Assembly: GCA_964016885.1 (NCBI GenBank)
Contig: OZ024741.1
Span: forward strand, 77,376,001 to 77,440,000
Direction of reading: 5' to 3'
Origin: Eledone cirrhosa
Taxonomy: Eukaryota
DNA: 64,000 nt
Shown here: positions 26,066 through 40,530 of the stretch, piece after piece
How the letters are laid out: every line of letters begins with the position of its first letter
Numbering within the stretch: the stretch's first letter is position 1
Notes under the pieces: generated by a model
Database searches by the model: none
What the model was told of the DNA's origin: nothing
The model's input: only the letters and a program-made list of their open reading frames with translations
Translations under genes and position numbers: made by a program

Positions 26066-27185
26066 TAGGAGATCTGTATCAGCATATGCCGACGATGTCA
26101 CTGCAGTGGTGTCAAGCACCAAACACATTAAGTTGATTGGCACCGCTCTCAAGGAGTACAAGGCGGTAACAGGAACAAAAATTAATCAGGAAAAGTCGAT
26201 GGGTTTGCCGTTTAGTACCTGGAGAGATAGGTCCATGCTGTCCAACAGCATGGTTTGGTCCATACCTTCAAATGGGCAAATACTGGGAAGAGGTGGCAAA
26301 CAGGGTGGCCTCTCTCACCCAGAAATTGGTTGAAAGGAAATTGTCCCTGAAAGGTCGGGTAGAGGTAGCGAATGCGTACATCACATCCATCATCTACTAC
26401 TGTCTGACCGTCTGACTCATTGGAACGCCTACTTTTTTGCTTCTTGTGGAAGGTACAGGTTCTACTGGTACGGCGGTCCATTTGCTGTCAACACCCGCTG
26501 CGTGGAGGGCGGGGCATGCCGTGGCTAATGATGGACAAACATGCGCTGTGGCCACGACATCTCCAGTTCTTCCGTGACGGTGAACATGTGTGGTCGCCGT
26601 TCGCTAGGCACATTTTTTCCCCATCTCATCTCCTTAGCGCAGTTACAGTCCTGGGTCAAGCGAAGACGGAGAGGAAACGCTTGGATACTTGAATGTCTTC
26701 AAGCGCTTACAGCACTCAATCAATCGGGCAGTACGATCGGTGGAAACTTCACCTTGGCGTTCTATAAAGAGTTAGGGGAGGGTAAGAGCGACGACGTCTT
26801 TGAAGAGACTCTGGGCATCGATGAAAATCAACTAGCAAATCTTTTCCGGAAAACTTTCGGACCTGAGCCCATGGACAGCTTTCAGAAACCCATGGCCTGG
26901 CAGTGCTACCAGGGAACTTTGTCAGCAGAGAGACGAAACCGTCCTACACGCATTCGCCTGGTGTCTGAACATTGCTGACTTGTGAATTTATGTCCAACAC
27001 CTGGTGTCACGTGTAGGACGGATCAGCTGAGTCCATTGTGAAGATTTCCCCACCGCCTTCCTTTAAACAGGAAGGGCAGGCAGTTTTTATCTGCCTTGTG
27101 GCAATGGTGGAAGATGTGTGATGGGCACACATGGAGAACTGGGAGAGGGCACTTGCTCTTGAGGTCGGAGTGACTGTGGGTTTTT
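26066..27185 (+). mobile_element. Decayed Tx1/L1-clade LINE fragment with internal deletions
   Basis: SAYADDVT, INQEKS, RRSICCQHPLRGG; homologous to 14280-15720. Confidence 0.9.
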
Positions 27186-27194
27186 GTGGATTTA

Positions 27195-27918
27195 TTTCTC
27201 ATCACATTGGCCTGGTAATTCCGTGTTAGTAAGCTTTGATCTTGGGCAGCTAAAATGAAGCCTTCGCTCTCTGCTTTTACCTCTGAGCAACGTAGCCCCT
27301 GATAGGTGAGTTTTTTGTCAACACCGGCTTGTTTGCTACGAGCCACATATTTGCCATGCAGAGGTTTCTGCTCCCACTTTGATGCTAATTGCTCTTGCCC
27401 TTTTGCTTTTGCCATTAATTTTATGTGCTGAGCAGCATCAGTTTCAACAGTTTCCTTAGTCTATCCAACCTGGGGATCAAGCATGAGATCAGTAGCATAT
27501 ATTTTGCTCTCCTTCACGATAGAATGAAGCTTCTTACTTCTCTCATGTTTTTCAACAAGTTTCAGCATAAGTCGCTTGTTGTTTCAAGGTATTTGACCAG
27601 TCTAATAGTGGTGGTATTGTAGGTAAGTTCAAATTGGATCAGGCCACAGCCTCCTTGAGTTCTAAGAAGGTAAAGACGATCCACATCTGCTTTCGGGTGG
27701 TGCATCCTATAACAAGTCAGTAACTTACGGATTTTGGCGTCAATTCTTTTAATTTCACTCATATTCCAGTTCAACACACCGAAGCTATAAGTGACAACTG
27801 GAACTGCCAAGGAATTTAAGGCTAACACCTTGTTATGAGCATTTAGTTCTGATCTCAGAACTGCGCGTACTCTCCTGTAACATTCCTTCCTTATCCTATC
27901 TTTCATACTTGCATGTTG
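27195..27918 (-). mobile_element. Dong/R4-type LINE fragment (post-RT region)
   Basis: ECYRRVRAVLRSELN, HPKADVDRLYL, KPLHGKY, ESEGFILAAQDQSL. Confidence 0.88.
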
Positions 27919-28773
27919 ATGTAGTCAGTGATTTGAGGGAGACCCAACTTCTGTGCCCATTTAAGAGTGTATTTAAGCCAGGTGAGCTCTTAGTAATTTA
28001 GTAGACTTGGGATCAAAGTCATTCCAGTTATGACCATTCCGTTTTTTATTTGTCCCAAATATTTAAAACCGCAATATTCTTTATCTTTTCTTTATGAACG
28101 AAGGGGTGCAAGTTAAAGAATAGAGTAACTTTTATTGTCTGCTTGGTATAAGAATGTATAGTATATAAGGACCCGTAACTCCCGATGGAGTCGTAGGGGC
28201 ACAGTAGCGACATACAGCGTTTCTTGGGTATTTTAAACATGGTGGTGCCCATCCACATTCAGGTCTGTAGAACGTTACGTAAGTATAAAGTATGTAGTAC
28301 TAATGTAAAATGATGTAATTCTATCCAAGTTATATGTTACAATAATGATTGTTAATAAATCAACTAATGATTATAGTTTTTTGGGGCTCAACGATAATCT
28401 ATATTACATTATATACTCTGCTAAAGTGTTTTCATGGTAATGTTGTTTGTTGTGGAGCAACAAGTTGGTTTCGATTACTGAATATATGAACACGCACACA
28501 CACGCACGCACACAGACACACACAGACATACATGCACATACACACACACACACGTACATACATGCATAACATACATACATACATGTATACACAAACACAT
28601 TCATACATAAATACACACACATACGTGTATACATATGTACATAAATATATATGTAAACATATATCATAGATACACACATACACACACACATATATATATA
28701 CACATACATACATAAATACATACATACATACAAATATATATATACATATATATATATACATGCATACATACAT

Positions 28774-28840
<67 letters not shown>

Positions 28841-28844
<4 letters not shown>

Positions 28845-29680
28845 GTGGAACACTGGGGAAGGTAATATCCGTAGTGATAGACCACTCAGTCCATGGGACG
28901 AGTGAAGTAGAAGTGGTTACACAACAGTTAGTTCACCATACCGAGAACAATTGTTCACCTTAGCGGATCCTCAGCTTGTAATGGACATGGTTATACGGAA
29001 CGGGAAGGACAACCGTATGGACGCGCATGCGCAGAAACGGTCACTTCACCCAGACAAAATTGCGTGTAAGGGAGATAACTGCGAAAGTCCTAAAGTTTCT
29101 AGTTGATAAGAAAATTAAGATGTAATTCAATCCGGAGCTTTGTAGTTATGTAAGAGGTGTTTCCAGACCTGTGGACAACGTGTGAAGAATTCATTCTTGG
29201 TTTAGGCAATCGCTATTGCGTAATCTCTTTAGAATATTAATTCGTTCATCAATACATAGTCCGCACGACGGATTGCCCCTTGCGTATGGCTTCGACTTAG
29301 TGATGGCTTTCCATTGAATGGAGTAGTCTATACTTGAGTCCTTGAGGGACCATACGTGGCTCACGACTTTCGTAGATGATCGTTTGTCCGGGTACCTAAA
29401 GGTCGACTGATGGTTCAGGAAGCGTTCCTTAACCACTTTAACGGTCACAAAGTAAAACTAGGATACTCCTGCGCTAAGAATATGAAGGCCCACATCACCA
29501 ACAGCCCTAAGAGCAACACCCCACCAGAGTGCTCTTGCCGAAAGCCTGAAGCTTGTCCCGTTCAACAGCAATGCAACACACCCGCTGTAGTTTATGAAGC
29601 TGTGGTTACTTCCAACCGACCAAATCAACGACAGGAGGTCAAATCCTATGTGGGTATGGTGGAGGACCGAATTAAGGATT
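28841..29680 (-). mobile_element. Naiad-type PLE 3' fragment with 5' inversion
   Basis: Minus 29191-29430: KERFLNHQSTF..CGLCIDE. Plus 29432-29678: VKLGYSC, CSCRKPEACPVQQQC, VVY..YVGM. 3' end in (TA)n. Confidence 0.85.
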
Positions 29681-29737
29681 CTCAAAACAAAGTGTTGTGG
29701 TTTCATTTATGTCTTTCTTAATGTTATTGCTCCTACT

Positions 29738-30023
29738 TAAGGTCGACTTCTAAATCATTTGGGTGTTCCATAAACTACATCCTCGTTTTGTTTCATATCT
29801 ATCTAGACTATATTTTAAGCTGTAATCCATGTTTCATTTCTATTGCACCTCATTTCTCCGCCACCCCTCTCTCTATCTCTATCTCTTTTTCTCTCTCTTT
29901 CTCTCTCCCTCTCTTTCTTTCTTTCTTTCTTTCTTTCTTTATTTGAATCTACTATGATTTGGGTTTACTTTATTCATATATACATGTTTTTGCATGACAG
30001 ATTCAAACTTACAATGATTGGCA

Positions 30024-30025
<2 letters not shown>
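29738..30025 (+). repeat. Dispersed repeat ending in (TA)n, second copy at 33436-33686
   Basis: aaggtcgacttctaaatcatttgggtgttcc...gattcaaacttacaatgattggcat is shared by both copies. Confidence 0.85.
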
Positions 30026-30107
<82 letters not shown>

Positions 30108-30209
30108 GTAATAAAATGAAAACGAAATTTCATTTCTCACTCTTAGTACGGCACTTACTTAAATGTAAGTATGTATGTATACGTACATACATATATGTAT
30201 GTGTACCTG

Positions 30210-30249
<40 letters not shown>

Positions 30250-30299
30250 TGCTACTGTACGTCTGTATACATATATGTATGTACGTATACATACATACT

Positions 30300-30360
<61 letters not shown>

Positions 30361-30362
<2 letters not shown>

Positions 30363-30738
30363 GATATTAAATAAATGGAAACTATATTTATAAAACCATA
30401 TTTATTTCATTATATATATTTCAGGGATATCATATTAAAAATATGTTATGCCTTCTTCAGACAAAATACAATATAAACAGTCTTATAAATAGATAGATTT
30501 GACATACCTTTCAACTTCAACTTTCATTTAAAAAGTTGATTTGGTAGTGAAAAATGTTAGGGACAGTTATAAAAAGAAAGAAAGAAAGAAAAAAAGAAAG
30601 AAAAAACGAAGAAAAAGAAGAAATGCATGCAACTAAATAGAGAGAGATAGATATAGAGAGATAGATAGAGAGAGGAATTCATGTAAAGAAACAGAGAGAG
30701 ATATATAGAGAGAGGAAAAAACACAGAGGGAGATAGAT

Positions 30739-30770
<32 letters not shown>

Positions 30771-33018
30771 AAAAAAAAAGAGAGATAGATATAGATAGAG
30801 ATAGAGAGAAAGAAAATAGGTAGTTGGGCACCAGTTGAATGACGTATCAATGATATATTTATTTATTTATTTATTCATTTAGTTTTAGTATTAATATAGA
30901 GAGAGATATATGTGGTTAGGAGAGAAAACAGCCGTTACATAGAGAGAAAAGAAAAATATCCAGACATAAACGAGGCAGATTTAAAACACTATGTTTCATC
31001 AATGTAAAAATATCAATTCGTATGAATCAGGCATTATAATGTAAATATCAGTATTCATGAATGAGACACGTATCAATAATGTGTGAAAAATAATGATCAT
31101 ATGTCTAGTTTAAAATTCCTAGGTTTATATCAGAGTTGAGATAAATAGAAGGTTATCCCAGATTCGATACTATAGACATCCATGTGAATTTACGTGATCA
31201 ACTCTGCAAATTCCTATTTCACACGAAAACATTCTCATTGTGCTATAAAAATTCTAGTATACATATATGTGTACATACACACAAATATATATAGAGTCTA
31301 CATTAATTTTAACAATACTATTCTTGTCTTTACTCTACATGATTATCGTTCAAGCATAAATAAAGAACAGATATCAATATATCAATAAAAATATCAGAAA
31401 TAAAAAATAAAAATATAAAAATATTAAAAATAAAAATATTTAAAATATTAAAAATAAAAAATAAAACATAGTATGCCCCGCAAATCAACCACAGAGATCA
31501 ACCCTTCAAGGTTAATTGACAATATATTGCCAAGTTCGTTATAAGCATCAGAATCAAAAGCAAACAAAACCAAAATTATTTACCAAATCCTGTCTAGCAG
31601 AAATCATTCCAAAAGTTTAGGATACCCATTTGATCTACAGATGGTCTTATATTTAATATAGAGGTTTATCTAGTGTAAAATGTATTCGATATATTTGGAG
31701 CATCAGCTTTTAGGGTAGTTTAATTATTCATGAAGAATGTTTAAAATAAAAAAGAAATCGAAAGATTTATCGGCGAGTTTCATAAATAATTATAAATCAA
31801 GTTAAATATACTACATTTTAAATTTATATTTATATTTAAAAGTTGAGTTCAATCTATGTCTGCAGCAACTGAATAAATTTGTCCGTAAATTAAGGGAATT
31901 TTTAGATTTTAGTATAAAGAATATCTCCTCCGCGCAGAGGTCACATGTCTCAGAGGATGAATTAAAAGGAATCCCTCTTGAGACTATATTCCAAGCCGTC
32001 GAATATCCAACGTTATCATGCTTAAGTTGCCAGAGTAAGCCTGATAGTGATGTTGAAGATTTTTTGCTTGGATCTGTGAAAGAATTCTTGTGGTTATTAT
32101 AGCGAAGTTTAAATTCTGTCGAGGTGGAACCAACATAGTTAAAAGAATTTAAGTCCGTTTTAACATTACAGTTGTATATTATATTTTTAACTAAGCAATT
32201 GTTATTTAACGGACATTTAGATCTATCTCTACAGTTACATTTGTTTACTTGGATATTATTTATGCTATTATCGGTATTTTGGCTAGGTTTTAAATTCCTA
32301 TTATTTATTCTATTAATTGCTAAATTTTTGGTGGATGAGTAAGTTAATTTTATAGTATGTCTATTGAAAATTGGGTGATACCTATGTGTTCTTGGGAAGC
32401 GATTATCAAGAGCATTAAAAAATAGTTTAGCGATGTGGGTTTTAATGTTTAGTGAGAAGGGGGGGGGCAAACCATATTATATTCCTAGTTCTATTTCTTT
32501 TTTGGCTTTTGGAATTATTGTAATGCTTTCTATTATAGTTGTTAAAGTTGTTGCCGTAATTAAAATTGTTGTTATTTTGGTTAGTTTGTCTATTATTATC
32601 TATGTACATAATTTTATCACTATATCCTGCTCTAGCTAACGCTTCATTGTAATACTGGGCTTTTTCGTCGAAAATCTTTTTATTAGATGAGATTCTAGAG
32701 ATACGTTTTTGATAACTTTTTATAACTGTCCCTAACATTTTTCACTACCAAATCAACTTTTTAAATGAAAGTTGAAGTTGAAAGGTATGTCAAATCTATC
32801 TATTTATAAGACTGTTTATATTGTATTTTGTCTGAAGAAGGCATAACATATTTTTAATATGATATCCCTGAAATATATATAATGAAATAAATATGGTTTT
32901 ATAAATATAGTTTCCATTTATTTAATATCGTAAATATACTCCAAATACTTGTTGAGTGCTTTTATATCAGTTATAAATATTTACTCGTTGTAACCCAACA
33001 ATTTAAATAAAACTTTGC
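30361..33018 (-). mobile_element. Naiad-type PLE, 5'-truncated, with ~215-bp inverted terminal repeats
   Basis: ORFs 32442-32738 and 31811-32470 (IIWFAPP, CNCRDRSKCPLNNNC, IIY..YVGST, CDLC, SCCRH); 30361-30575 is the reverse complement of ~32717-32931; hammerhead-like CTGAAGA..GAAA in each repeat. Confidence 0.9.
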
Positions 33019-33117
<99 letters not shown>

Positions 33118-33682
33118 TATATTATTTGTTTGCTAAATTAATCAAATTTTAATTAATTCAACAGTTAAACACACATAGCAATAATAAGGTTGTTACCAAA
33201 GGGCCAGAGGATTGCCAAGTCGACCCTAAATATTACTAATAGCTCTAGGAAAGCCATAAACGACACCACATCTTTTTAACTTTGATTTTGAAATTAAGTT
33301 TATAATTATCAATTTTCATTATACTTCTGTAACTTTCTCGGTGCTCTAGTTGGAGGAATCATAGACGGTGGTCGGTCGTAGGGTTCTCAGTAAACCTTTT
33401 CAGTATTTTTTCTATTGGTTGGAAAATAAAAACCCAAGGTCGACTTCTAAATCATTTGGGTGTTCCATAAACTACATACTCGTTTCGTTTCACATCTATC
33501 TAGACTATATTTTAACCTGTAATCCATGTTTCATTTCTGTTCCAGCTCATTTTCCGCCCTCCCCTCTCTCTCTCTCTCCCTCTTTCTCTCTGTGATATTT
33601 GAATCTAATATGATTTGGGCTTACCTTATTCCCATATATATGTTTTTGCATGTCAGTTAGATTCAAACTTACAATGATTGGC

Positions 33683-34530
<848 letters not shown>

Positions 34531-34585
34531 TATATATACATATATACATATATACATATATACATATATACATATATACATATAT

Positions 34586-34686
<101 letters not shown>

Positions 34687-34700
34687 AAAATATATATATG

Positions 34701-34767
<67 letters not shown>

Positions 34768-34782
34768 GTATATATATATGTG

Positions 34783-34852
<70 letters not shown>

Positions 34853-34859
34853 TATTATT

Positions 34860-34967
34860 ATTAACTTTGCCTTTCATCTTTACGGGGTCGATAAAATAAA
34901 GTACCAGTAATGCACTGGGTAATTGCTGGCCTTGTGCCTAACGTAGAAACAATTATTATTATTATTA
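34860..34967 (+). mobile_element. SINE family A, 3' half
   Basis: ttaactttgcctttcatc..gtagaaac followed by a TTA tail. Confidence 0.85.
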
Positions 34968-35658
34968 TCCACGCATCGCCTAGGAACTTAGCTGAGAATT
35001 GACTTTCTGATGACGAAAGGTATTCTCCATGTTCCATTCGGAAACCATGTTTATTCCCTTTCAGAAACTAATTAGTTGGAGTGAAATTTTAGTAAGTAAG
35101 TTAATTTTTATAATTTTCTTATTTTAAGTCTTTCATATAATTGTTCTGCATCCCCTTGCATTGAACCACAAAGTTACTAAGACAAAACCTATATATTTGC
35201 TAGTATAGGTATGCATCTGTATATATATGTTGGTAGATATACTAATTCTTTATAATTATCTCCAAATTATTTTGTTGAGCAAAAATTTGCCAAAACTTCT
35301 ACTATAGTTCATAGTAATAGTCCGGCTACTGTCTTATTAACACCCCACTCCTCACTGATTAACCTCGATGTCACGTGATTGATTCTTTTGAATTTGCCAC
35401 CGACCAAGTAGGCAGTGATTTTTTTCAATGTCCTGGAATTTAATCCTCGCTTGCTTTTTTCTATCCACTGAATTATTTTTGTATAAGTTCCCTGTGTCCA
35501 CGCATCGCCTAGGAACTTAGCTGAGAATTGACTTCCTGATGACGAAAGGTATTCTCCATGTTCCATCGGAAACCATGTTTATTCCCTTTCAGAAACTAAT
35601 TAGTTGGAGTGAAATTTTAGTAAGTAAGTTAATTTTTATAATTTTCTTATTTTACGTC

Positions 35659-35665
<7 letters not shown>
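34968..35665 (+). mobile_element. ~529-bp non-coding unit in ~1.3 tandem copies ending in (TA)n
   Basis: tccacgcatcgcctaggaac at 34968 and 35497; CTGATGA..GAAA in each copy; homologue at 44896-45700. Confidence 0.82.
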
Positions 35666-35714
<49 letters not shown>

Positions 35715-35920
35715 TGGCGGACTGGGTCTAAGAATATTGGTTGCCAGATGATGGGGGCCCACCTACATGTCATTTAATTTTTATAATGAATAAATAATAT
35801 TTTTAAAACATACATAAGTGGAATCAAATTTTTGCGGAAAAATATCTTACGTTCTCCAATAAAAAATAGAGACTTTCAATAATGACCTTTGGTCTTTCAC
35901 ACTCACTCAATATATATATA

Positions 35921-35966
<46 letters not shown>

Positions 35967-36106
35967 TATATATATATTTATATACACACACCACCTTCAC
36001 GACTAATTGATTTGACAGATGTCTTTAACCCATTGATATCAAATATTATTTGGTCAGTAGTTCGTGTGTAAGTATATATATATATATATATAGTAATAAT
36101 ATTTGT

Positions 36107-36265
36107 AAATTACCCAGTGCATTACTGGTACTTTATTTATTGACCCCCGTAAGGATGAAAAGCAAAGTTAACCTCGGCGGGATTTGAACTCAGAATGGCA
36201 AGGGTCGTAACTCTATGCGTCAAAGCATGGCGTCCGACCCTCTACCGATACTGCCAATCTACCGT
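36107..36265 (-). mobile_element. SINE family A
   Basis: Reverse complement of the family A sequence. Confidence 0.88.
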
Positions 36266-36370
36266 CTTATAGTAATAATAATAAATGTGAAGACTAAAAT
36301 CCAAAGACGGCTCGATAAGGATAAATATATATCAAATATATAAAAACTATAAAGCAAATATTATATATAG

Positions 36371-36560
36371 CGTTGGATTGGCAGTATCGGTAGAGGGTCG
36401 GACGCCATTTTTTTGACGCATTGAGTTACGGCCCTTGCCATTCTGAGTTCAAATCCCTCCGAGGTTAACTTTGCCTTTCATCCTTATGGGGTCGATAAAA
36501 TAAAGTACCAGTAATGCACTGAGTAATTGCTGGCCTTGTGTCAAAAAATAGAAACAATTA
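36371..36560 (+). mobile_element. SINE family A
   Basis: ggattggcagtatcggtagagggtcggacgcc..gagttcaaatcc..gaaacaatta. Confidence 0.88.
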
Positions 36561-36915
36561 TATATATATATATGCTTGTGTGCCTGTGTCTATATATGTA
36601 TGTTTTTATGCATGATTGAATACACTAAGCTTTAGACTTTGTAGAATGTACAACCACTGATTCGAGCTATTTGCACTATCATATATTTTGGTTTCTATTA
36701 ATTCCCTGAGTAATTGGTTGACTAAATGCTTTGCTTAATAGTTTTATTTATTTAAAAAAATATGTCATTCTTTCTCTTAGATTTCAGGTATTTTTTGAAA
36801 GCATTGGCCCCTAAAATGCTACAGTGGGCTCTTGTAATGCTACCGTGGGCCCCTGGGGCCCACTTTCCAATTGGCCAACCTGGCAACCTGGCCAGTCCGC
36901 CACTGTATATATATG

Positions 36916-36947
<32 letters not shown>

Positions 36948-38577
36948 TACCGACTTCTTACTTTATATTAGACCCATACAGACATACCAGACATAGTTTA
37001 ATACCTGTATTGATTACACTTTCTCTCGTTTGAAAACCCAAGCATATAAATGTATATGTGAGAAGGAGAGAAGGAGAGAAAGTGTGAGTGTGTGTGTGTG
37101 TACATTTGTGTTTATGTATGTGATTCATGTGTACGAGTCCATGTGTATTTGTCTATGTGTGTTTGCGTGTATGTATGTGTGTGTGTGCCCATGTGCGTAT
37201 GTGTCCTTGTGTGTGTGTTTTATATGTTATTTCGTTGTACAAGATTGCTTGTGTTATATATTTGTATATATAGAAACCTGCATTTGATTGTACATGAACT
37301 GTGTACACTGATATGAATGTAAATCAATAAATCAGGTGCCATGCTATTCAGTCTATCTGATTATGTTTCTCTAGTTCTTTAACCATCTGGTTTGGAGTTG
37401 TTGCCTTTTCTGCCACCACTAGCCAATTCTTAACCCATTCATTAGTTGAATATTTTGTCTATCTCTACTCCTTTTTCCTATTATCTTTCCTATTGTTACC
37501 AGATGTTCGAGAAACTTTCTTCTCATTACATGCCTAAAGAGTTTTGTTTGTTGATTCTAGACAGTGTTCAATAATTTTCATTTTGTTTTGGCTTTTTCAT
37601 TTATGTTTGACTTCTTCATTCTTCATTTGTGTTTCTATCTACATAGGAAGTGCGTAGCATTTTTTCACAGGAACCACATTGACATTGGTTATATATATAT
37701 ATAAATCTCAAAGCATGGCTTCTCGTTTCATCCAGCGTGGATATCCTACCACCGTGATTCAAGTTGTCCTTCCTCGTGCGCGTGATACTGACCAATTTGT
37801 CAGACCAATTTGTCAAACACCTGAGGGACATACGACTAGGTAAAGACACTTTGTCGCACCTCACTTCCGTTCCACCAACCACTCTACTGAAAACTTCACT
37901 GTCACTAGTCTCATTTTACACCACGGATCCACAGCCACTCGCACCAGGACCTACCAGGACCGCGTTGGAACTACTTTTCCGAATAGGCTCAATTCTCACA
38001 CGTACACACTCACACACAGTTCCTATAACCTCCCTTTATCCTTGCTCTCACACACACAAACACGCACACAACTCCAGCCACCACATAATACACACCTACA
38101 TTTACAACATACGTATATACCACCCAATACACATCTACCTCAGAACTGCAGACACCAATGTTTCTGGGTGATTACCCTTCATCGGTGCAGTTTACTGATC
38201 ACCTGCCAACTGTCAGGGCTAGTGAAAATATATGCTATTTTCTAAAATATACAGTGACTGATAGGCCTGATTTGCATATTAGCAGACTGGCTGATGAGTC
38301 AGATCTGATATTAGCAGATCTACTGATCAGCCAGATTTGCATATCAGCAGAGAGGCTAGTCAGTTTCCTGTATACGAGCGATTAATGGCCGGCTTTGTCA
38401 TATTCAAATAACTGACAAAACGTTATCGCTCTGCATGGCTGAATACAGTTAATGCAGTTCTGTTTACATGCCAATACAAGAGCAAGAGCGAGGGGCTCAT
38501 GCTACTAACATGGCTTAAAAGATGCTCTTTGCATAATTGCAAACGAATCGAATATTATTATTAATATTCGAAAAACT

Positions 38578-38710
38578 CAAATTGGGATACAACAAGCAAA
38601 TATTTTTATAACTGATATAAAGCACTCAACAATTATTTGGAGTAAACATACGATATTAACAAATGGAAACTATATTTATAAAACCATATTTATTTCATTA
38701 TTCATATTTC
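38578..38710 (+). repeat. Old fragment of the PLE terminal repeat seen at 5922 and 33018
   Basis: ataactgatataaagcactc..aaatggaaactatatttataaaaccatatttatttcatta. Confidence 0.85.
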
Positions 38711-38732
38711 AAGAACACCAAGTTAAATTATG

Positions 38733-38798
<66 letters not shown>

Positions 38799-39758
38799 GT
38801 TAAATAACACAGGTAAATTTGGAAGTATATGTTTGTCACAATGATTAATAATAGGTAACTGCATAAAAATATATAAATGTATTTATAAAAATAAATATAT
38901 TCACTACGCTTTATAGCATTACAAATATATGATAAATATATATCTGTGCATGAGCCATGCTATCCACCCTATCTGATTATATCTTACCGTGTCATATAGC
39001 CTCAGCCCATCTGAATTGGGATTGATGCCTTCTCTGCTGCTGCTAATCAAGATGCTAATAGATGGCTATTATGCTTGTTGAATATATAGATATGTAAACA
39101 TGTCAAATTTACGTATTTCTCCGTAGATTGAAAAAAAAAAAGAATGAATTTAATATACACAAAAATATAGTATCAAAGTGAAGCAACGATTTGAGAAAAA
39201 GAAAACAGAAAAACAATGAAAAAAGGAATAAATATTTTCATATATGTTTATCCCATTCATCAACCAAGAACGTGTGAAAAGAAAAGAGCTTTGTACAAAC
39301 ATTATAAACTGACATTTACTTTTGAATGGATGTGAATGTGTGTGTATATGTGAATGTGTGTGTATGTGTGTATGTATGTGTGTATATGTGTATATGTGAA
39401 TTTATGTGTGTGCATATTTATGTATATGTATGTGTGTATGTTTGTGCCGCGTGCCTCCAAGCATTCTTTCGGTTCTCTCTCTCACATTCTCTTTTTGTCT
39501 TTCTCGCTATTTACCTGCCACTTCGGTCAATATGTATACTCCTACTTCAACAATGTGATTTATTTTGTTTATGACGTGCGTACGTTGTTTATATATATAT
39601 TGTGTGCGTGCGTGTGTTTGTGTGCGTGCGCGTGTGTGCATGTGTGTGTCTGCACGCATGTGATATGAGAATCGCTTCCATAATTAAACAGATAAATTAT
39701 ATGTGTGAACCAAAGTCGTGACTTTAATAGCACACACACACACGTACACACACACACA

Positions 39759-39868
<110 letters not shown>

Positions 39869-39899
39869 TTCACATGTGCATACACATATTCACACATAT

Positions 39900-39992
39900 T
39901 CATATATACCATACACCTTAGGCGGAAAGCCATGCATCTTATGTTTGGAAGAGACATTCCACATATTGTTTGCCAAATGGACTTGTGGTTAA
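39900..39992 (+). pseudogene. Naiad-type PLE C-terminal remnant
   Basis: PYTLGGKPCILCLEETFHIL resembles PY..TCNLCLNEKFTI of the PLE at 4122. Confidence 0.6.
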
Positions 39993-40336
39993 TTTGAAAT
40001 CCGAGCTGGTTACTAACTGTAAGCACGGGATTTTCAAATCTTACCTCAACTATAGCCTAACATACAACGTGGAGGATAAAGGAAGGATACTCATTTACAC
40101 CCGGCACCAAAAGGTAACCAACAATTGAGCCCGAACGGTAACCGACACCCTGAATGGGATACCCACTGTGAAAAGAACCTTTTCCGCATACTTGAGCATA
40201 TCAGCTAATCCACTAATACGAAGAACAAGTCAGTACTCAGCTATAAATGCATCCACACCAGAATTCGTGTCGGTGACGTCATTACTACTGTTGTTAATGT
40301 CACTGTCATTGTCTTTGTTGTGGCCGTCCACGTCGC

Positions 40337-40530
40337 AGCGGTGAATTGGCAGTATTGATAGAGCGCAACACACCATGCTTTGCAGTATGCAATTATGACA
40401 TTTTATGTTCTGAATTCAAATCCCGCCGAGGTTAACTTTGCCTTTCATCCTTACGAGGTCGATAACATAAAGTACCAGTAATGCACTGGAGTAATTGCTG
40501 GCCTTGTGCCAAAAGTAGAAACAGTTATTA
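40337..40530 (+). mobile_element. SINE family A
   Basis: gaattggcagtatt..cccgccgaggttaactttgcctttcatcc..gtagaaacag. Confidence 0.85.

Larger units (their letters stand above)
35712..36905. mobile_element. hAT-like non-autonomous DNA transposon (MITE)
   Basis: Perfect 14-bp TIR cagtggcggactgg / ccagtccgccactg; tatatata on both sides, compatible with an 8-bp TSD but ambiguous within (TA)n. Confidence 0.8.

Noticed and set aside
30361-32931. DNA transposon with long TIRs
   Set aside because: Interior encodes PLE domains, the arms are asymmetric and contain hammerhead motifs; better explained as an inverted pseudo-LTR.
37740-37900. Possible GIY-YIG remnant (LSDQFVKHLRDIR)
   Set aside because: Too short and degenerate to call without a search.
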